Part shown: in pieces, positions 45,567-57,982 of the stretch
How positions within the stretch are numbered: position 1 is the stretch's first letter
How the letters are laid out: each line of letters begins with the position of its first letter
DNA from: Mayamaea pseudoterrestris
Lineage: Eukaryota
Direction: 5' to 3'
NCBI GenBank assembly: GCA_027923505.1
Contig: BROI01000011.1
Coordinates: 186,001 to 250,000 of the forward strand
DNA: 64,000 bases
Translations under genes and position numbers: made by a program
The notes under the pieces: generated by a model
Told to the model about the DNA's origin: nothing
Databases searched by the model: none
Seen by the model: only the letters and a program-made list of their open reading frames with translations

Positions 45567-47150
45567 ATGACAACGATTCCTCCCATTCGACACGTTTCCT
45601 TTCTGCACTTGGACTTGGGCATTGGCGGCGCCGAGCAGTTGATTGTCCAGCTTGCCACCGTCACGCAACAAATACAAGTGCAGCAACAAGCGCAGGAACA
45701 AGGGCAAGAGCAGCAATCGCAAACAAGTAACGCAAGTTCAACTCAATCAAATACAATTCGAAAGAATGACAATGACAAGTCTACCAACATTTCCGTCTCC
45801 ATTTACACGACGCGCTGCGAGCCGCACCACTGCTTTCGGGCGGTGCAGCCCGGTGGCGTTTTACATGACAGCCTTAAAGTATACGGATCATGGCTTCCCC
45901 ACTACTTGCTTGGCCATCGCTTGCGGGTTCTTTGCTCAACGATAAGACTACTGTATTTGAGTGTCGTCTTGATTGTTCGCGTCGCCATGAAATGGGAAGC
46001 AACGCCGGATGTCGTCGTGGTGGACGTTTTGCCGGTTCCGTTGCTCGTCTTGCAGTGGCTGCTTCCAAGCACGAGCTTGCTCTTTTACTGCCACTTTCCG
46101 GATGCACTACTCAAGCAGCGAGAGAATCAGGTAGAACAAGATTCATCAAGACTAACGTCAAGCAAGACGAGACTGTTTCATGCGCTCCGAAGCTTGTATC
46201 GCTCCATCATGTTTGCATTCGAGCAAGCGTGCATGCGTTGCGCCGATCGCATCGTCGTCAATTCACTCTTCACCCAACACATTGTGCGGAACACCTTTGA
46301 CAAGCTTTCCGACACTCACTTGCCAGTCTTGTATCCAGCCTTGGACGTTTCCAAGAATAATGACGTTACCGCAGATGCAACAAAACAAAAACACTACCGC
46401 CTCGTGTCACTGAATCGCTACGAGCGAAAAAAGAACATTGGTCTTCTGCTGGAGGCAGTCGCCTGGATCCGAGACCATGATGCCACGCTGAAACTACCCG
46501 AAATATATATTTGCGGCGGTTACGACACCAAATGCGTCGAAAACGTGGAGCATCGGGCCGAGCTGGAGCAATTGGCCAAATCGCTGCAGCTGCATCACGT
46601 GACTACCTTTCGACAATCCGTTTCCGATGTTGAACGCGCCAACTTGTTGGAAACAGCATTGGCCGTAATATATACGCCCAGCGACGAGCATTTTGGCATT
46701 GTTCCGCTGGAAGCCATGTACGCGCAAACGCCTGTCGTTGCCGTCAACAATGGCGGCCCCAAGGAGAGTGTGCTGGACGGAACCACTGGTTTTTTGTGCG
46801 ACAACACACCGGAATCCTTTGGACGCGCCATAATCAAGTTGCTGCAAGATCCAGACTTGGCGGTGCGCATGGGCCGGGCGGGACGCAATCATGTGGTAAA
46901 CACGTTTGGAATGGATCGCATGCTGGACGAGTGGGCCACGCTGCTGCAGGAGACGCATGCACTTGGCTGGCACCGGCGACGCGGTAAACAATACAAGGTG
47001 GCGCGGGGAGTCGTCTACGTGTTGGAAGCGGCAGTCATGTTGCTGCTAGTGTGGCTGCTGACGGTGGTGCTTCGGAAATTGGCAGTGCTGGAGGCGGATC
47101 AATCAATTCTCGGTAGGATTGTTCGAGGAAGTGGCAAGGATGAGCTGTAA
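45567..47150 (+). CDS. ALG2: alpha-1,3/1,6-mannosyltransferase (GT4)
   Basis: FLHLDLGIGGAEQL, FYCHFPD, SLNRYERKKN, GGYD...ENVE and EHFGIVPLEAM motifs. Confidence 0.95.
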   Translation: MTTIPPIRHVSFLHLDLGIGGAEQLIVQLATVTQQIQVQQQAQEQGQEQQSQTSNASSTQSNTIRKNDNDKSTNISVSIYTTRCEPHHCFRAVQPGGVLHDSLKVYGSWLPHYLLGHRLRVLCSTIRLLYLSVVLIVRVAMKWEATPDVVVVDVLPVPLLVLQWLLPSTSLLFYCHFPDALLKQRENQVEQDSSRLTSSKTRLFHALRSLYRSIMFAFEQACMRCADRIVVNSLFTQHIVRNTFDKLSDTHLPVLYPALDVSKNNDVTADATKQKHYRLVSLNRYERKKNIGLLLEAVAWIRDHDATLKLPEIYICGGYDTKCVENVEHRAELEQLAKSLQLHHVTTFRQSVSDVERANLLETALAVIYTPSDEHFGIVPLEAMYAQTPVVAVNNGGPKESVLDGTTGFLCDNTPESFGRAIIKLLQDPDLAVRMGRAGRNHVVNTFGMDRMLDEWATLLQETHALGWHRRRGKQYKVARGVVYVLEAAVMLLLVWLLTVVLRKLAVLEADQSILGRIVRGSGKDEL

Positions 47151-47367
47151 ACAAAATCTAAAGTGCAATCGTTAAACATTGCGCAGCTATATATGCCTGT
47201 AAAATACCATGCAAATGCTCTTGTAAATAAGCTTATAACTATTCGTTTAGAGAGCTATCCGATTAAGCGGTATTGTCGTCAACGTTTGCTTATCATGTCG
47301 GATTGTAATCGATATTTTTATATGTAAGGAATGGAACATGCTGGTCGATGATAGCTGGTGAAAATGT

Positions 47368-50300
47368 CTACATGAATTCCAATGAATCCAACTCCTTCTG
47401 CAGAGCGCTGATTCTCGCCTGAACACCCTTGGCCTTGACGGACTTGACCTTTTCATTGATCACCTCACTGCTAGTCTCGTACCAAGTTCCAACTGCCTTG
47501 TTGTCCTCCCAGTCGCCACTGTAGAGTGACTTGAGCACTTCCAGAGCGCTGGTTCGATTCAAGGTCGAGTCGCCCGCCTTGAGCTGACTCACGTAATCGT
47601 CCTCGAACATGCGTCTCTTGGCGCGCCAGAAAAAGTACTCACGCGACGACTCCCAGGCGACGGCTTCGCGAATGACTCCCTTGGCCTTCATGCGACCAGT
47701 TTTGTCGTGCAAGTCGGCAAACTCGGTGGCAGCCTGCAGATAGACAGGCTTTAATGATTCCTCTCGTGCGGATATTTGCTTCTTGATGGCTGCACGGTCC
47801 TCCTCAAGCTCGGCCATGTCCAATTCCTGGTCGAGCAGCTTGAGCTCCGAGTCAAGTCGATGCATGACCTTGACCTGATCCGGGAAGCGGAACTTGATCT
47901 CGGTGATACCAGCCGGTTCGAGAATGCCACCGCGAGCATCAAAGTCGGCGTACATTTCCATCTTGTCTTCATTGATGGTAGGATCAACGACCACCCATGA
48001 TCCACCGCGGAGCTCACCGTGAGGAGGAATGTACATGTAAACTGGGTTGGAATATTCGCGAAGTGCGTCAACAATCATAGCACCAAACTTGAGAATCTCT
48101 CCAGCCATGTCGCGACTTCCACCCGAAAAACCACGCCAGTTGGCAAAGATCATGACGGGAAGGCCTTCCTTGTCGAAATCGCGAAGGGCTTGAGCCACCT
48201 TATAGGACGAGTCGGGGAAGAGAACTTGTCCAGCTTGAGGAAGAATGGCTTCGCGAGAGTTGGGGTCAGCTGGATCTGCCGGAATAACCTTGTCGACGAG
48301 GCGAGTCTCGACGGCAATGGCTCCCATGGGAATACCTCCCAGACGGCCACGGCCAATGACGACACTCTTACCCCATCCAGACAAATACTCTTTGAAGCTA
48401 CCGGTATCGAAGAAACCAGCTGCATCAGTCGTTCCGGCAAGCATGTTGCGTGGATCGTATGGGGTGGGCGTCGGGCGGAAAGCGACGGGACGGTCGATAG
48501 GATCTCCACTCAGACGGCAGGCCGGAAGCTCGCCGACCTTTCTTGGGACGCAACTCAGCCACTTGAGAATGGCAGCGACACCTCCTTGGTCGTCCTCGAC
48601 GATATCGTGAGCCACACCGTTGGGGTACATGATTTGGGGTCCGCCCAGTTGATCTTGCGATGTGTACACGTCACGACCAAGAAGCTTGTTCAAGGCGGAG
48701 TAGCCGGTCAAGATGATAGGACCATTCTTCATCTGGATTACGCGCTGTCCAAGGCGAACAAGGTAGGCGCCGATACCAACACTTCGTCCGGTGACATAGC
48801 TCAAGGTGAAGATCTCATCGTATGCTTGAGACGTTTCTCCAGCGATCTTTCCACTTCCTTGTAAATTTTCTACACCGATTCCATGCTTGGTTCCGATGAC
48901 ATCCGTGAGTGCCCAGCCTTCACTGACCTTGTTGGCAATAACAGTTCCTTGTGGAAGGTTCTGGTAATCCTCGTCTGTGAGATAGAGATATTCGAAACCC
49001 TTCGATGGATTTGAAGCGTCGACAAACTTGATCTGAAGCTTCTCCTTCAACTCGTCGACAAGGCCAATGCGGGCTCCAGCGTTACAGGCAATGTAAATGC
49101 GAGGAATCTTGCGCTCGCGAGCGTAAACGGATGCCTTGTAGTAGTGCTCGTCTTCCTCGACACCAAACGACCCACTCTGGACTGTGACATCATTCGCTGT
49201 GACAACAATCTCTCGGCCTTCCGGATACTCTGGAGATTTCATGTTGACAAGCCATGAGACCATTCCAACCTTGTTCGTGCCGACCGGTCGACTTCCAGGA
49301 GCGAGGTGGCCGTCGGTGTCTTCGATAAGTTCGCGTGCTTCAAAAAGGTCAAAAGGCATCTTGACGTTGGAACCTTCTGGCAACTGGCTTATGTACTCCT
49401 CCCACTCGCCAAAGAGACCAACTTCCATCAAGCCAAGGAAATCGTAGGCATATGTCGACCCTACACGACGAGCGACGGCGCGCTTGGTCTGCACAATGTT
49501 CGACGTTCCATATGGATCGAGCATGCACATGTTAGCATTTCCGCTGTCATCCATCAAGCAGAACTCGGTCGTGACGCCGGTGATGGGGTTTGGAACCTCA
49601 AGGTATGCATTCGCTTTGAGCCACTCGCCGTCCATGGAAGACGCAACAAGTCGAACGTTCTGTATAACATCATTACCTTCAGCATCCTTACTCTTGACAC
49701 GCAGCTTGACTTCGACTTCATCCACACGAAGCTTCAATAGTCGTGGAGCCAAGTGGGCCTTCAAGGAGCCCATCATGGTCTTGAACAAGCTAGAGAGCTC
49801 TTGCGGCGAGGTTCCCTCGAGCTCGGCCAAGGAATGGAGGAAGATGCGAGAAGACGACTGAAGGCTGACCTTGGAGTTTGACTGGGCACGCTCGAGCTCG
49901 TCCAACCCTTGCTGCAAGGCTCGCGCGGCTCCTTGGTTTGTGGTGAGACCAGTGCTGTGCGAGATGGCACGAACAAAGACAACTTGCTGCGGTCCGCCGC
50001 GAGCTGGTCGGTCTGATTTCTCACTGCCAACATAAACTTGAGCATTGCGGCCAATGGCCGGAAGACGCGAAAGCTCAAAGTTCTGGGTGAGGCGCTGGAG
50101 CTCCAAGAGATGGTGGAAGGTAGGTCGCATATCGCGACGAAGAAGGTCTTCCTTGAATCCGTCGCAGTGAGGGAACGTGATGTAAGAAGGGTCCTTTTTC
50201 TTGTTTGGAATCAAAATGCTGACAGTCCGGACACCCAAGGCATCCAACTTCGACTTCTCGGCAGCCAGTGTCTCTTCCATGGCCGAGACATCAGAGATAC

Positions 50301-53300
50301 CGGCATCGGAAACAGCTACATGTACCATATTTAATGGAGAACCATCGACGTATGTTGGTCGTTCACCAACGGCTTGCGAAAGGTCATCAAGGATAGCAGC
50401 CAAGTCCGACTTGAGACCAGCAATTGATGGAACAACACTGAGGATTCCAGATCGGACAGGGGCCTTCGATTGTGCCGTGTCGGCAAACTGAAAAGTAAAG
50501 GTACAAGTTGTTCGTCCGCCCTTGTCGGACACCTTGAGGTTCAAAACGCGATGAGCGCGGTAAACACGGCGAATGTAGACTTCGAATGCAGCTTCGCGAA
50601 CAGTAATGTCACTATCAGTGAACAGTGCCGTCAGCAAATCGACACCAGCAGAAAGAGTCGGGCTTCTGGCAAGCTTTTCGAGGTCAGAACTGCCATCAGC
50701 CAGTTGGGAACGAAGTTCGTCAAGGCGATCATCGAAAGGGCGGATTTTGGACAAGCGGATGATGTCGTCAGCAGCTAACGCAACCTCACCGTAGTCCTTG
50801 TCCTTCAGTGCAGCGATGGGAGCGAGTACTGTCATCAAGCCTTCAGGAAGTTGAGCGACTCCGAATCTATCCACGAAGGTCTCGACTTGACGTAGCATGG
50901 CCAAAACCAGCTGTAGGCGGTTCTTAAGCTTTAGCTTGGCTTGGTTTTCGGCAATGACAACGTCGAGGTTCGCACTGTTGCTCTTGGTTAGTTCGCGGAC
51001 GACATCGTCGCGAAGCTTACCGACGAACAATTGCTCAACGCGAAGGAATTCAGACAGTGTTTCGGACACAAGAGCTGAGGCGTCGTCGATCGTTGCAAGG
51101 TCGTTAAAGGCGGCTTGAGTGGTCGCATCAGGATCGCCCGAGTATCCATTGAGAATGTTCTGAATTTCCTTTCGTGCATCAGGGGCGAGGCTCACTTCTG
51201 GAACGTCAAGCTTGCCCTTGAATTCAACAATTTTCTTGACCTTTGACGGGTCCTTGAGCTCAAGTGTAGCCAAAAGATCACCTGCTGAGATGACTGAACC
51301 AGGCGACAAGTTGTGAACAATCTTTCCACTCTCGGTGGCCTTGATTGGCATGATCATCTTCATGGCCTCGACTTCAACGTAAGGCTGGCCATTTTCGACA
51401 GCCGCGCCACTTTCTTGGAGGTAACGAACAACTTTGCCGGTGACATCGGTTCGGAGCTCAGAAGGATCAAAGATGGTAGGCCTGTGAAACGTTTGTCGAG
51501 CGAGAGTTATAAAAGTGAGTATGACGCTTCCGCTCATAGACACATGACAATGAATCACAGATGAAAACGTACATCAGAATTGTGTTGCCGTCAAGGACAA
51601 GACGCAAACCTAACGGTTCATCCATACCAAAGATACGATGAGTCTCGCCTCCAAACGTCGCAAGCAAAGCACCTTCAGCAGTCAAGGTGACCTGAGCATC
51701 AATTGTACTTTCTCCGCACGAAAGACGGTACACATCCGCAGCGATACGTTCGACGCGGAAAGGGTACTTGATGTCCTTGTAGGCAACTTCAATGTTAAAG
51801 GAGTTGATGCTGGGGATGCCGCTGACTGACGTCTGACCCTTTCGGAACGACTCCTTGACTTCTTCGGTGGTGTCTTGAACGTGCTGGAAAGCCTTGAAAA
51901 TGGCAGCCGACGTGACAGTCAAATGCTCCGGCATATCCACTGACACGCTCTTTTCGCGAATGATGCCGTCCAACCACGACGTGTCAATGGTGTTCTCGAT
52001 GAAGGCAGGCGTCTCCAACAGCTGCACCAAATACTCGACGGTGGTGCGAATCTCACCGCGAACTTCAATCTCCTTGAGTGCAAGAATGAGGGCCTTGCGC
52101 GCTTGCTCACGAGTGGCGCCCTTGGCGAACAAGTGGCCAAACTGACTGTCGGCAAACTCGTGGATTCCACCGTTGGCGCCGACGCTGAAATAGCCCCAGA
52201 CACTGCTCGTCGACTGGAACTTGATGCGCTCAATGGAACCAGACGTAGGCTTGAAACCTTCGTCAGGGTTCTCGGCAGTGATACGCGCCGCGATCACGTG
52301 CGAGTTTATGTCCGGATAATCTTCCTCGATAAAGTCAATGGGCGAGGTTCCATAGACATCGCTCTTGCCGTAGAATCGCCGAATCTCCGGAATGTTAAAC
52401 AATGGTATGCCCATGGCAACCTGCAATTGCGTGGCTGGGAGGTTCACTCCAGTAATTCCTTCCGTGACAGGATGCTCGACTTGTAGACGTGGGTTAAGCT
52501 CCAAGAAGAAAAACTTGTCGGTGTCTGCATTGTACAAGTACTCGACCGTTCCGGCACCAACGTAGCCAATCTGCTGCGTCAAGCGCTGCGCCGCAAGTTC
52601 CATTTGCTTGAACGTTTCGCGCTTGGCAATGGTCGGTGGGCCTTCCTCAAAAATCTTTTGGAAACGACGCTGCGTGGAGCAATCGCGTCCGTTCAAGGCA
52701 ATGGCGTTGCCGTGTTCGTCACCTACGATTTGGACTTCCAAGTGACGTGCGTTCTTGCACAGCTGCATGAGGAAAATGGGACTGCCAATGACTTCGTTCT
52801 GGACTTGAATGTAGGCATTCTTCAAGTCATCCTCATTGTCGACGAATCGGATACCCTTGCCACCGCCACCTTCGGATGCCTTGATCATGATACCGTTCTC
52901 GTAGCCAATTCTCTTGGCAGCTTCAACAGCTTCCTCGACGGATCGGCATGTTGCCTTTTCAAAGATTTCCTGCGGAATGGTTCCTTCCTCATTCAACTCG
53001 GCTTGAAGCGGACCATCGTTAGGTCCACCGTAACTTCCACTCCACGGAATGGACGGCACTTGTGCCGTTTGCGCCAAAATATTGGCGGCAATCTTGTCTC
53101 CGAGCACACTCATGACGGGAGCCGTCGGTCCAATGAATTTAATGCCCATTTCCTTGAGCGTGTTTGGCAGCTTTGGGTTTTCCGACGCATGCCCCCACCC
53201 CGGCCACACGGCGTCCACGTTTTGCTCCTGCGCAATGCGCGTAATGACTTCCACATTGGCGTAATTGTTCAGATTCTTTCCGGCTGGTACTTCGACGAAC

Positions 53301-54144
53301 GAGTCGGCGAGTCGGACAAACTCGGCGTTGGCTTTTAGATCTTCCGGCGTGGCCATGGCGACAAAGGTGACGGCCCGCTCGTCGCCAAGCTCCATGTAGG
53401 CCCACTGGCGCATGGACATGATGCTTTTGGTGGCGGCCATGCCGTTGTTGGCAATGAGCACCTTTTTGATGGGACGGTCGCCGCCTCGCTCGCGGACATA
53501 GTCCTCCATGGACTTGACGCCAGTGTCAATGGATGATGATGCCTTGCTTTCTTCCAGTGTTGAAAATAAGGTAGTTTCGGTGCGAATGGAGGATGCATGT
53601 TGAAAGGGAAGTTTGGCAAAGTTGCTGTTCTTGTTGGCGTTTGATAGAAAGGCTCCTTGTGCTGTAGAATAAAATGTGAAGAAAATGTTGAGAACGTGTA
53701 AGATTGAGTTTCAGATGCATGCATTCACACGAAAGAAACGGCTAGAATATCGATTGCATTGGCCCGACAATAATGGAAGATGTTTCATCAGCAACTGGCA
53801 CAAGGCAAAGCCATGATATTCTGCCACCCTCATGTTCTCGTTGCATGATTTGAAATCCATGACTCGGACATGGATGGAACAATGGACGTCGAAGGACTTG
53901 AGGTGTGCGCTGCACGATGAGACTCTCATCTTGAGCAAAATTGCGCGCACGAGTAGGTGCAGTCCTGACTTGAGCAACTGCGGATTGGACGAGTCGCAGC
54001 CCTGTCTCACTCTCTCTTTCAAAACTGTACAAGCACACAAAATGACGTGACACCATGCTGCAACTTACACTGCGTAAAGGCGGCGGAATTGTCGAGCGCC
54101 AAGACGCAGGCCAGCGCCGCTGCGGACAGACGGCAACCCCACAT
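47368..54144 (-). CDS. ACC1: Homomeric acetyl-CoA carboxylase, plastid-targeted; exons 54144-54069, 53661-51573, 51481-47368
   Basis: BC domain (KVLIANNG, GWGHASENP, ELNPRLQVEHP), biotin site EAMKM and CT domain (ANWRGFSGG). A small exon 1 (MWGCRLSAAALACVLALDNSAA-FTQ) splices in frame to a transit peptide. Confidence 0.97.
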
Positions 54145-54506
54145 GGTCAACAACGAATCAATCTATCGTATATAGAATTGTGTATGTTGCGCAGTCGACG
54201 AGGAGAATTAGAAATGGACGACGACGACGGAGGAGCGTGATGATGGCCGATGATGTACGAAAGCAAGTTGGAACAGCGCGCGATCTTTTTGGTTGACTGA
54301 CGTACTCTTTTGGTCGCACTTGTTGGCGACGTCGCGGTTGAAAGTGTCGCAGCAGTACTTGGTGTAGAAAAAATTAGCTATTCGATTGTGGGCAAGACTC
54401 GTATTGATTGCGAACTACAACTTGTACATACTCCTATATACTAAAATGTACAAGCGCTTCCTATAATTTTTATTTACAGTTAGTTAACACACTATTGTCA
54501 CCATCA

Positions 54507-57500
54507 CTACCCCGCAAACCCTTCCGCCTGCATTTGCTTGTACAGTTCCTTGTAGTCGACATTGTTTCGACGTCGCTTGCGCGTTGGTCCATCCGGATCT
54601 TCCGGTGCGCCACCACCGCCACCGCCTTGATGCGCCAGTTGCATTAGCATGGCTTGGCGTTGCGTCTGCTCCATGAGTTTCAGCTGCTCGCGCTCCTGCT
54701 CCTTTTTACGCTCGCGGCGTTCGTACAAGTGGTGCTCAAACTGACTCTCCCATTCGCCATCCTTGGGGTCGTACAACTCTCTCGACTTGCCTCCATCCAC
54801 TAGACCACGAACGTGGCTTGCCACTGATCGGGCAAATGGAGAAACGATTCCACCATGGATCTTGTATCCGCCTTCTAAAACAGAAACGACGCGGCCATTG
54901 CAGCAAGTATTGGCCACCTTGATAATTTGCTCCGTCACCCATTCATAATCGTCCTCCACCATGCCCACGTAGCCAAAGTTCATGGTATCGCGGCGATGAG
55001 CGTCAAAACCAGCGCTAATGAAAATAATGTCGGGATCAAACTCGCGAAGACTCGGCAAGATTTGGTTGCGGTAGGCGTCGCGTAGGTCGATTCGTTGCTT
55101 CATGCCGCGCGAGATTGGATCGGAATTTTCCTGGTCAGGCAGTGCCAGTCCAATGTCAATGATGCGGCAGCAGTTTGCCTTGCTTTCCTCGCCCATGCGA
55201 GACCATGTTTGTGTCAACAAGAAGTCCGCAAGTCCGGGGCTCTCAACCATGGTGGGATGTGTAATGGATTCCGACGTGTAAGTCTTGCCCGAACCAGGGT
55301 AGAACCAACCAGCTTGGTAGTAACCACGTGGGCCATATCCATGTGTTGATGCAAAAAAGACGTTTTGAATGTCAGTCTCGTCGAGCCACGGTCGGTAGGT
55401 GCTCGTCTGCAGCTCGCCGCGAGCAAACGGCGTACGAATCGTTGCCTTTTCTGTTCTTGGGACCAACTGTCGAATGATCTCTTCGCTGCCGTTTCCATGA
55501 TGCACGTCTTGATCTATAATAGCGATCTTCTTGATGCCATCGTGTCGGTACATGGATCGAGCATAGGCAGCACCAATGCAGACATTGTTGAGCAAGCAAA
55601 ACCCATGCGAGCCTTCCGGGTCGTTGGCGCAACCAGTCACAATACCTCGTGGTCCAGCATGATGACCAGGGGGTCGAATGGCACAAAAGGCATTGCGGAC
55701 TTCACCGGCAACTACCTTGTCGACAGCCTCGCAAACAGATCCAGCCGCTCTCATGGCGGCTTCAAAGCTCCAATGAGAAATCGCAGTGTCCGGGTCAATG
55801 TTTGCGACAGCCTGCGGAATGTCTGGAATGCTGGAACTGACTTGACTAATTGTTTCAACATATGAATATTCGTGTACTTTGAGCACGTCGGAAATGGCAG
55901 CGCGTCGTGCTTGGCCCTGCCACAGCATTTCCGAAAAGTCACCGCTTCGAAGAATGCCAGTATCTGGATCTAGCAGCACTTGCAGTCGTCGCACATTCTC
56001 AGGTGGAGGCTCTGGAGAGTCTCGATGGATTGGTGGGCAGGATCGATGGAGCAAACACAATTCATGTGAAAACAGGAGCGTCTTGCCGTCTGGATCGACT
56101 ATCAAATCGCGTGGCGGAGCCATTATTCCCTCCTCTGGTGCATCCCCAAGCTGTCCAACCATCTCTTCTGGAATGAACATTCCTCGCTTGTATGCCAATT
56201 GGCCTGGAGTGTACCCGCGTCGATCAAGAATATGAGTATCAGCCCCAGCTTCCATCAAGAGTCGCACCACCGGCCAATTGCCACGCATGCAAGCAATGTG
56301 AAGTGGCGTTTGACCCAAAGCATTCAACGCATCAACCTCAATGCCATCCGCATTCAACAATACTTGCGTCAACAAGGCTGCCGTGGAATGCGGCAAGTCG
56401 GGGTCTTCCGCTTGCATTGGCTCTTGTACGGCAGTGTTGAGCTTCTTGCCCGACAAGGTCGGCACTGGACGTACCGCATTAACAATGGCGCCATCCGAGT
56501 ACTTTCGGAGCGCGTTGGCAGCAACAGCAACCTGACCAGTCGCACTGACAGCAGTAATCTTGCTAAAGCTTGGGTTGGACGGCGTATCGTACTTGGCAGC
56601 CGCGTGAAGAGGTCGGTTTCCTGCTCGATCCGCTCTGGCGTTCAGCGTCGACTCGCCTTCCTCATCGGACAAAATGTAGCTGGCGACTTGCGGAAGATTA
56701 AACATGCAAGCTAGAAAGAGTGGAGAATGCATCGAGTCATCCTTGAGTGTAATGTCGGCACCAGCCTCTCGCAACACAACCACGCAGTCGTAGGCAAATT
56801 GACGATGCTCCTTGATGGCTCCCATGCTGATTGCCGTGTGCATGTACCAACTCCCGTCACACTTCATGCGATAGGATGCACCCGCTTCCAGCAAGAGTTT
56901 GACATGCTCCAGCTTGCGCGCGTGAATGGCCACGTGCAGTGGTGTGTTTTCGTCCTCGTCGCGTTCGTTCAAGTTCACATCCGGATTGACTTCTAGCAAT
57001 TGCTTGGGTCGTTCGTCAGCAGCAGGCATGGGTGAAGTAGTAGCAGTAGCAGCAGCAGGACTACTCTTGCGAATAGAGACAGGTGATTCCGTAGTTTCTG
57101 GTTCGTCGACATCCATGGGAGACTCGTCTTGGCCGTTGGCTTCGGTAGCAACCGGTCCTTTTGTTGTAGCATTCGCGTTTTCTCCTTCAACACTGGCGTC
57201 ATTCGTTTGCTCAGCACTTGCGTCTTTCTCGATAACAATTCCATTGTCTTTGGTAGCACTAGCAGCCTTTTCCAACTGCTCCATATTGGGTGCCGGCGAG
57301 TGTCCAAGAGCAGCCGCATGAGCCGCCGCCGTCGAATCGTTGCTGTCATCGTCCGACGAGTCGTCGTCCTCGCCGTGACGTTCCTTGGCGTGATGACGAG
57401 GAACAGACATTACGACAGCGCCGTGGCTTGCGTCTGTCACTGGAACGGGCAGAAACAAAAGTTTCTGTAAGTTTGTCGAGGAGATGAAGAAGGAGGAGGC

Positions 57501-57764
57501 GAATGATGAGTGATACGATGCTAGAAAAACGCAGCAAGGAACAATTCGCATCGTCCGGAGCGATTCAATGACACGATGCGGTATTGAAAACGCTTCGACC
57601 GCGCGGCGCGCCTCGTGTCCAACCAAGCCGTGGCTTACCTTGAGCGCTTCAATGTCTTCAAATTCGCAGCAGTCATGGATCGGAAATCGCTTTATTTCGT
57701 TGTCTTGCTGATTGGCGTCGACATAATCGTAGTCGTCATCGTCTGATTCGGACGAGCTGCTCAT
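54507..57764 (-). CDS. Ankyrin-repeat histone deacetylase (class II-like catalytic domain); exons 57764-57639, 57464-54507
   Basis: Ankyrin motifs (NTPLHVAI, HSPLFLAC, NRPLHAAA, GQTPLHIAC) precede RPPGHHA, GFCLLNN, DQDVHHGNG, SAGFDAH and LEGGY. The 174-nt GT-AG intron is in frame. Confidence 0.93.
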   Translation of the reverse strand: MSSSSESDDDDYDYVDANQQDNEIKRFPIHDCCEFEDIEALKVSHGLVGHEARRAVEAFSIPHRVIESLRTMRIVPCCVFLASYHSSFASSFFISSTNLQKLLFLPVPVTDASHGAVVMSVPRHHAKERHGEDDDSSDDDSNDSTAAAHAAALGHSPAPNMEQLEKAASATKDNGIVIEKDASAEQTNDASVEGENANATTKGPVATEANGQDESPMDVDEPETTESPVSIRKSSPAAATATTSPMPAADERPKQLLEVNPDVNLNERDEDENTPLHVAIHARKLEHVKLLLEAGASYRMKCDGSWYMHTAISMGAIKEHRQFAYDCVVVLREAGADITLKDDSMHSPLFLACMFNLPQVASYILSDEEGESTLNARADRAGNRPLHAAAKYDTPSNPSFSKITAVSATGQVAVAANALRKYSDGAIVNAVRPVPTLSGKKLNTAVQEPMQAEDPDLPHSTAALLTQVLLNADGIEVDALNALGQTPLHIACMRGNWPVVRLLMEAGADTHILDRRGYTPGQLAYKRGMFIPEEMVGQLGDAPEEGIMAPPRDLIVDPDGKTLLFSHELCLLHRSCPPIHRDSPEPPPENVRRLQVLLDPDTGILRSGDFSEMLWQGQARRAAISDVLKVHEYSYVETISQVSSSIPDIPQAVANIDPDTAISHWSFEAAMRAAGSVCEAVDKVVAGEVRNAFCAIRPPGHHAGPRGIVTGCANDPEGSHGFCLLNNVCIGAAYARSMYRHDGIKKIAIIDQDVHHGNGSEEIIRQLVPRTEKATIRTPFARGELQTSTYRPWLDETDIQNVFFASTHGYGPRGYYQAGWFYPGSGKTYTSESITHPTMVESPGLADFLLTQTWSRMGEESKANCCRIIDIGLALPDQENSDPISRGMKQRIDLRDAYRNQILPSLREFDPDIIFISAGFDAHRRDTMNFGYVGMVEDDYEWVTEQIIKVANTCCNGRVVSVLEGGYKIHGGIVSPFARSVASHVRGLVDGGKSRELYDPKDGEWESQFEHHLYERRERKKEQEREQLKLMEQTQRQAMLMQLAHQGGGGGGAPEDPDGPTRKRRRNNVDYKELYKQMQAEGFAG

Positions 57765-57982
57765 GGTCAACGATTTTAAATTATGTGGTGCAAATTGGCT
57801 GCGAACGAAAATGGGCGCCGGATTCCGTCGCTTGGAGGGAGTCGACCATTTCAGTCGCGGTACGACGGTTTTCGAAATTCTCGATATATTTAGCTTTTCA
57901 AAAACCAAGAGTAATCTTGGCGCGACCCGATCAACGGTTTTTCGCGATGATGCCATCATCGTCGCAAAAAGCATCGAACAGG

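Noticed and set aside
48019..53338. Long antisense ORFs over ACCase (e.g. 48019-48864, 52604-53338); likewise 7320-7958 and 38326-39048
   Set aside because: They are in codon register with conserved sense genes, as expected from codon bias, and show no recognisable motifs.
53711..54056. Two ~105 aa ORFs upstream of the ACCase BC domain as extra exons
   Set aside because: Direct splicing from 54069 to 53661 already gives a complete in-frame bipartite presequence, so these ORFs lie in intron 1.
17231..54144. One large biosynthetic cluster joining cis-prenyltransferase, P450s and ACCase
   Set aside because: These genes are separated by unrelated housekeeping genes (ATPase, TENT4, USB1, ALG2) and are predicted in different compartments. 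No scaffold enzyme (PKS, NRPS, terpene cyclase) is visible.
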